A DNA stretch of 64,000 nt from Methanocella sp. (GTDB lineage Archaea > Thermoproteota > Bathyarchaeia > Bathyarchaeales > Bathycorpusculaceae): contig JBLNCY010000010.1 of NCBI GenBank assembly GCA_050261115.1, forward strand, positions 1 through 64,000. Reading direction: 5' to 3'. Shown here piece after piece: positions 61,106 to 64,000 of the stretch. Positions within the stretch are counted from its first letter, which is position 1, and each line of letters opens with the position of its first letter. A model generated the notes under the pieces. It had not been told where the DNA came from and ran no database searches. It was given only the letters and a program-made list of their open reading frames with translations. A program made the position numbers and the translations under genes.

Positions 61106-61249
61106 TTAACCACACACTGGGTTTTTGAACCTGTCTGAATAGTTTACAGGTCTTCCTTTTAAAACTTAATGCTTCAAAGAAACAGGGTTACGTGGCTGAG
61201 GAGCTGATGAAAAGCCGATGTTTTAGGCAGCAAGAAGAGGAGATAGTCG

Positions 61250-62020
61250 TTATTTCGGGTTAAAGTATTGTATCAGTAGGTCTTCCATGGAGTAGAATCC
61301 TTTTTCTCTACCCATGAGGTTGATTGCTGCGAACAATGCGCCGTTTCCAAAGGCTTCTCGCTGTATTGATTCATGAATTAACCTTACCGTCTGGTATGGG
61401 AAGCCGAAAATGATTTCATGGCGACCTACAATGCCGCCTGCCCTGACCGATTTTATATTTGCCTTAGGCAGATCCAATACTTCGGTTATTTTTATGGCCG
61501 TGCCAGAAGTCTCTTGTTTATTCTTGAAGTGCTCCTCGATGATTTCTATATCCGTGTAGGGTGCGATGTTTTTTAGGGTTTTAGCTGCTAGCATCAAAAA
61601 GTTTATTCCGATTGTTATGTTAGGTGACCATAGTACTCTTGTTTTTTGTGATAGTTCTTTTAAGTATTCGATTGTTTGTGGCGGGTATGCTGATATTGCA
61701 GTGACTATGGCTATGCCTCTTTTAGCTGCTTCTTCCCCGTAATAATATATGGCCTCAGAACAGGAAAAATCTATTATGGCATCAACCGGGTGCTTGTCAA
61801 GTAATTGTTGGGGCGTCCATTCATCTTTTGGGCATATTAATCCTTGACAGCTTCCCGCTTCCTTTTCTCTTATGCCTAGAAACTCGGATACTGAACGGTG
61901 TTCTAAACACTTCGTTTTCCTAATTACCCAACAAAGGTAAACTCGCTCGTTTTGCAGAAGCACAGTTGCGACTGCTTTGCCAGCTCTACCAAATCCAAAA
62001 AGCCCTACTCTCATTTCCAA
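61250..62020 (-). CDS. dapB: 4-hydroxy-tetrahydrodipicolinate reductase-like protein
   Basis: GFGRAG, IDFS, SPNITIG, EEHFKNK..SGTA, RAGGIVGRH and REAFG.GA. Confidence 0.82.
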   Translation of the reverse strand: MEMRVGLFGFGRAGKAVATVLLQNERVYLCWVIRKTKCLEHRSVSEFLGIREKEAGSCQGLICPKDEWTPQQLLDKHPVDAIIDFSCSEAIYYYGEEAAKRGIAIVTAISAYPPQTIEYLKELSQKTRVLWSPNITIGINFLMLAAKTLKNIAPYTDIEIIEEHFKNKQETSGTAIKITEVLDLPKANIKSVRAGGIVGRHEIIFGFPYQTVRLIHESIQREAFGNGALFAAINLMGREKGFYSMEDLLIQYFNPK

Positions 62021-62282
62021 TCGACTGCTTTATACACCTGATATTTTTTAAATCTAGCGGATTCCAGCCATTAGCGCCCAAAGATACCAAGCATAGTATT
62101 CTTGAAGCACGTAAATTGCCTGTTAAACAAAATAAAGCAACGCTACGTCTTTATTACTACAACATTTCCATGCACTGAAGCGCTCTTTCAACTATTCATG
62201 ACGTTATTCTCATAGCACTATAAGCCACCAAAATAGCGGGAAAGAGTACTTTTTCGAGGGTTTATGGGTGCCTTTAAGATAG

Positions 62283-62325
62283 GGTTTAACCCGTGGTTGA
62301 CTCTATATGTAATGGAGGGGTGTCT
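62283..62325 (+). repeat. Dispersed ~40-bp element, copy 4
   Basis: GGTTTAACCCGTGGTTGACTCTATATGTAATGGAGGGGTGTCT; 24/26 identical to copy 3 in the core. Confidence 0.85.
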
Positions 62326-62497
62326 ATAGCATAGCATCAGGTCTGCTCAATCACGCCATCAAATAGGCAAACAAACCCCCTACACATAACAACTAAAAAC
62401 GGGACAAGGCATCTCTTGCCATGACTTACACTGCAACCTCATCCGTTATTCTTATAAACCCTTCATAGTATTTAGTTCAGTCACGCACAAAAAATGG

Positions 62498-62575
62498 GGG
62501 CCGGTAGCTCAGCACGGCTGGAGCGTTCGACTGATAATCGAAAGGTCGGCAGTTCAAATCCGCCTCGGCCCACCA
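62498..62575 (+). tRNA. tRNA-Ile(GAT), CCA encoded
   Basis: GGGCCGG/TCGGCCC acceptor; TTCGA-CTGATAA-TCGAA anticodon arm; TTCAAAT T loop; TATA CTTATAAA upstream. Confidence 0.95.
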
Positions 62576-62623
62576 TCCAACCACCCTGTGCACGCTGCTT
62601 TGCTGTCTTCTAAAATGCCTGTT

Positions 62624-63772
62624 TCAGTCAGTTTTTTCTTCGTCTTTTTTGCGCTTCTTTGGCGCTTTATACCTAATGCTAAACAGGACTTGCCCCTGCT
62701 CTTTACCGGGCTTAGGTTCATGCAGCTCCGCAGGTTCTGTGGGGGGATTTGGCGGCGTCTCTTCTAAGATCGTCTCGCGGTGACCCATCTCTTTAACTAT
62801 CTCCTTATCCGGTTGCCCCCTAGCCTCATCTAACCTAACCACATCCTCCTTAACTGTCCCTTCCAACCGTTCGCCTGCCCTCTGTAGCGGCGCGATAATC
62901 CGTTGTACCGTCTGTGGCAACTGCGGTCTAGAATGAGTGCAAACTGTCTAGGCGTAAACTCTGGAAACCTCAGCGCCATAGAGCACAATCTGATTTAGCA
63001 CAAAAATCCACAAAAGAATAATTAACAAAGCTCCCGCTGCGCCGCCGACCGTCGTCACTACGAACGTTTGGATGTAGAATCCAAAGATATAGTTTGTAAC
63101 GGTGAATGCGATGGCTGTAATGACCGCGGCTAAGGCTACGTCTTGCCAGTGGACTTTGGCTTCGGGGATTAACTTGTAAATTATCGCTAACAGCATCAGC
63201 GCCAAACCAAAAGACGCTATGATCTGCGCCGTCTCCAACGCTAAAAACGTTAGGAACTCGTTTACTGCAAAGCCGGCGATTGCGTTCAGTACGCTGCCTG
63301 TGGCGCTAGACCAAGCAATGACGATTAGCCCCGTGGCCGAAACCAAAAAGAAGGGCACGATCTTTTGGCGGGCCCTCTTCCATAAGGGTTGGCCCTTGGG
63401 TAGTTTAACTTCCCAGATGCAATCCATCGTGTCCCGCAACACCGCAAAGACCCCGATTGTTCCCCCGACTGAGAATCCAATGACAACAATCGCAGTCCAG
63501 AGATCCGTTAAGGGGGAGGAAGAGCTTGCCAGAATCTCCCCAAACAAATCCGCCACCGATGGCCCCGCAACAGCTGCTATATGCTGTACCAGTATTTGGA
63601 GTGCTTGGGCTTCGCCCAAAGAAGCGCTAAAAACTGCCAAGACAATAAGCAGCAGCGTTGGCAGAGGGATAATGATGAAGAAGGTTAAGGCGGCGGCTCG
63701 CAGGACGGCGTTGTCTTCTAGAAAGTCTTTGAATGCAGTTTTGAATATGCCGTATAGTTGGGTGCGGTTCAT
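62624..63772 (-). CDS. YihY/BrkB family membrane protein with in-frame TAG at 62948-62950 before a 107-codon hydrophilic tail
   Basis: AAALTFF..PLP, IYKLIP and LYGAE motifs. ORFs 62948..63772 and 62624..62920 share one frame with 9 open codons between them. Confidence 0.8.
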
Positions 63773-63939
63773 AATCTAGCCCTGGCTTAGGGTTTGTATG
63801 GTTGGAGCACATTTTCTGACTCTCGATGCCTCCTACCTCCTAATATGGGTTTGTTGTCGCACCCCAACAGTTACAGCGGTTAGCGACAATAGTTTTTTAA
63901 ACCGATGGCGTCTGCTTTACTAGTTAGAAGTTGAATGTT

Positions 63940-64000
63940 TTGACTAAAGAAGATGAAATGTTAGCGGAACTTAAAAAAATTCGTGAAGCAGTCGAAAAGG
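63940..64000 (+). CDS. 5' end of a gene cut by the window edge (possibly MscL family)
   Basis: TTG start MTKEDEMLAELKKIREAVEK after TATA TTTTAAA. Family guess rests on the recalled N-terminus only. Confidence 0.4.
   Translation, partial: MTKEDEMLAELKKIREAVEK

Overview
Archaeal chromosomal DNA, most consistent with Ca. Bathyarchaeia. Evidence: archaeal EF-1A with GHVDNGKST, archaeal-type AlaS, short XPF, short PurA, an fwdDBAC operon, a large PQQ-like beta-propeller surface protein, TATA promoters, GGTGA-type SD motifs and frequent TTG starts. Core genes include alaS, grpE-dnaK (no adjacent dnaJ), fwdD-B-A-C-fdhD, mobB-mobA, xpf, tuf, purA, glgP and an HtrA protease. Three tRNA genes are present: Arg-TCG (defective acceptor stem), Ser-GCT and Ile-GAT. 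Accessory patches lie near the tRNAs: an Acinetobacter-type bifunctional mtlD, a GH3 glycosidase and a dapB-like gene. Several pseudogene remnants occur, including cheA. The main unexplained signal is a ~40-bp intergenic element (dyad + TATATAA + G-string) found four times across the window. Other points of interest are an RNase HI-glyoxalase fusion, an unknown GNAT/453-aa/HExxH operon, an in-frame amber codon in yihY, a DnaK with an altered ATPase motif behind a two-state leader hairpin, and small genes missed by the ORF track, some apparently lacking a canonical start codon. No CRISPR array, rRNA, integrase or transposase was recognised. All family calls come from motif recognition by eye, not database searches.
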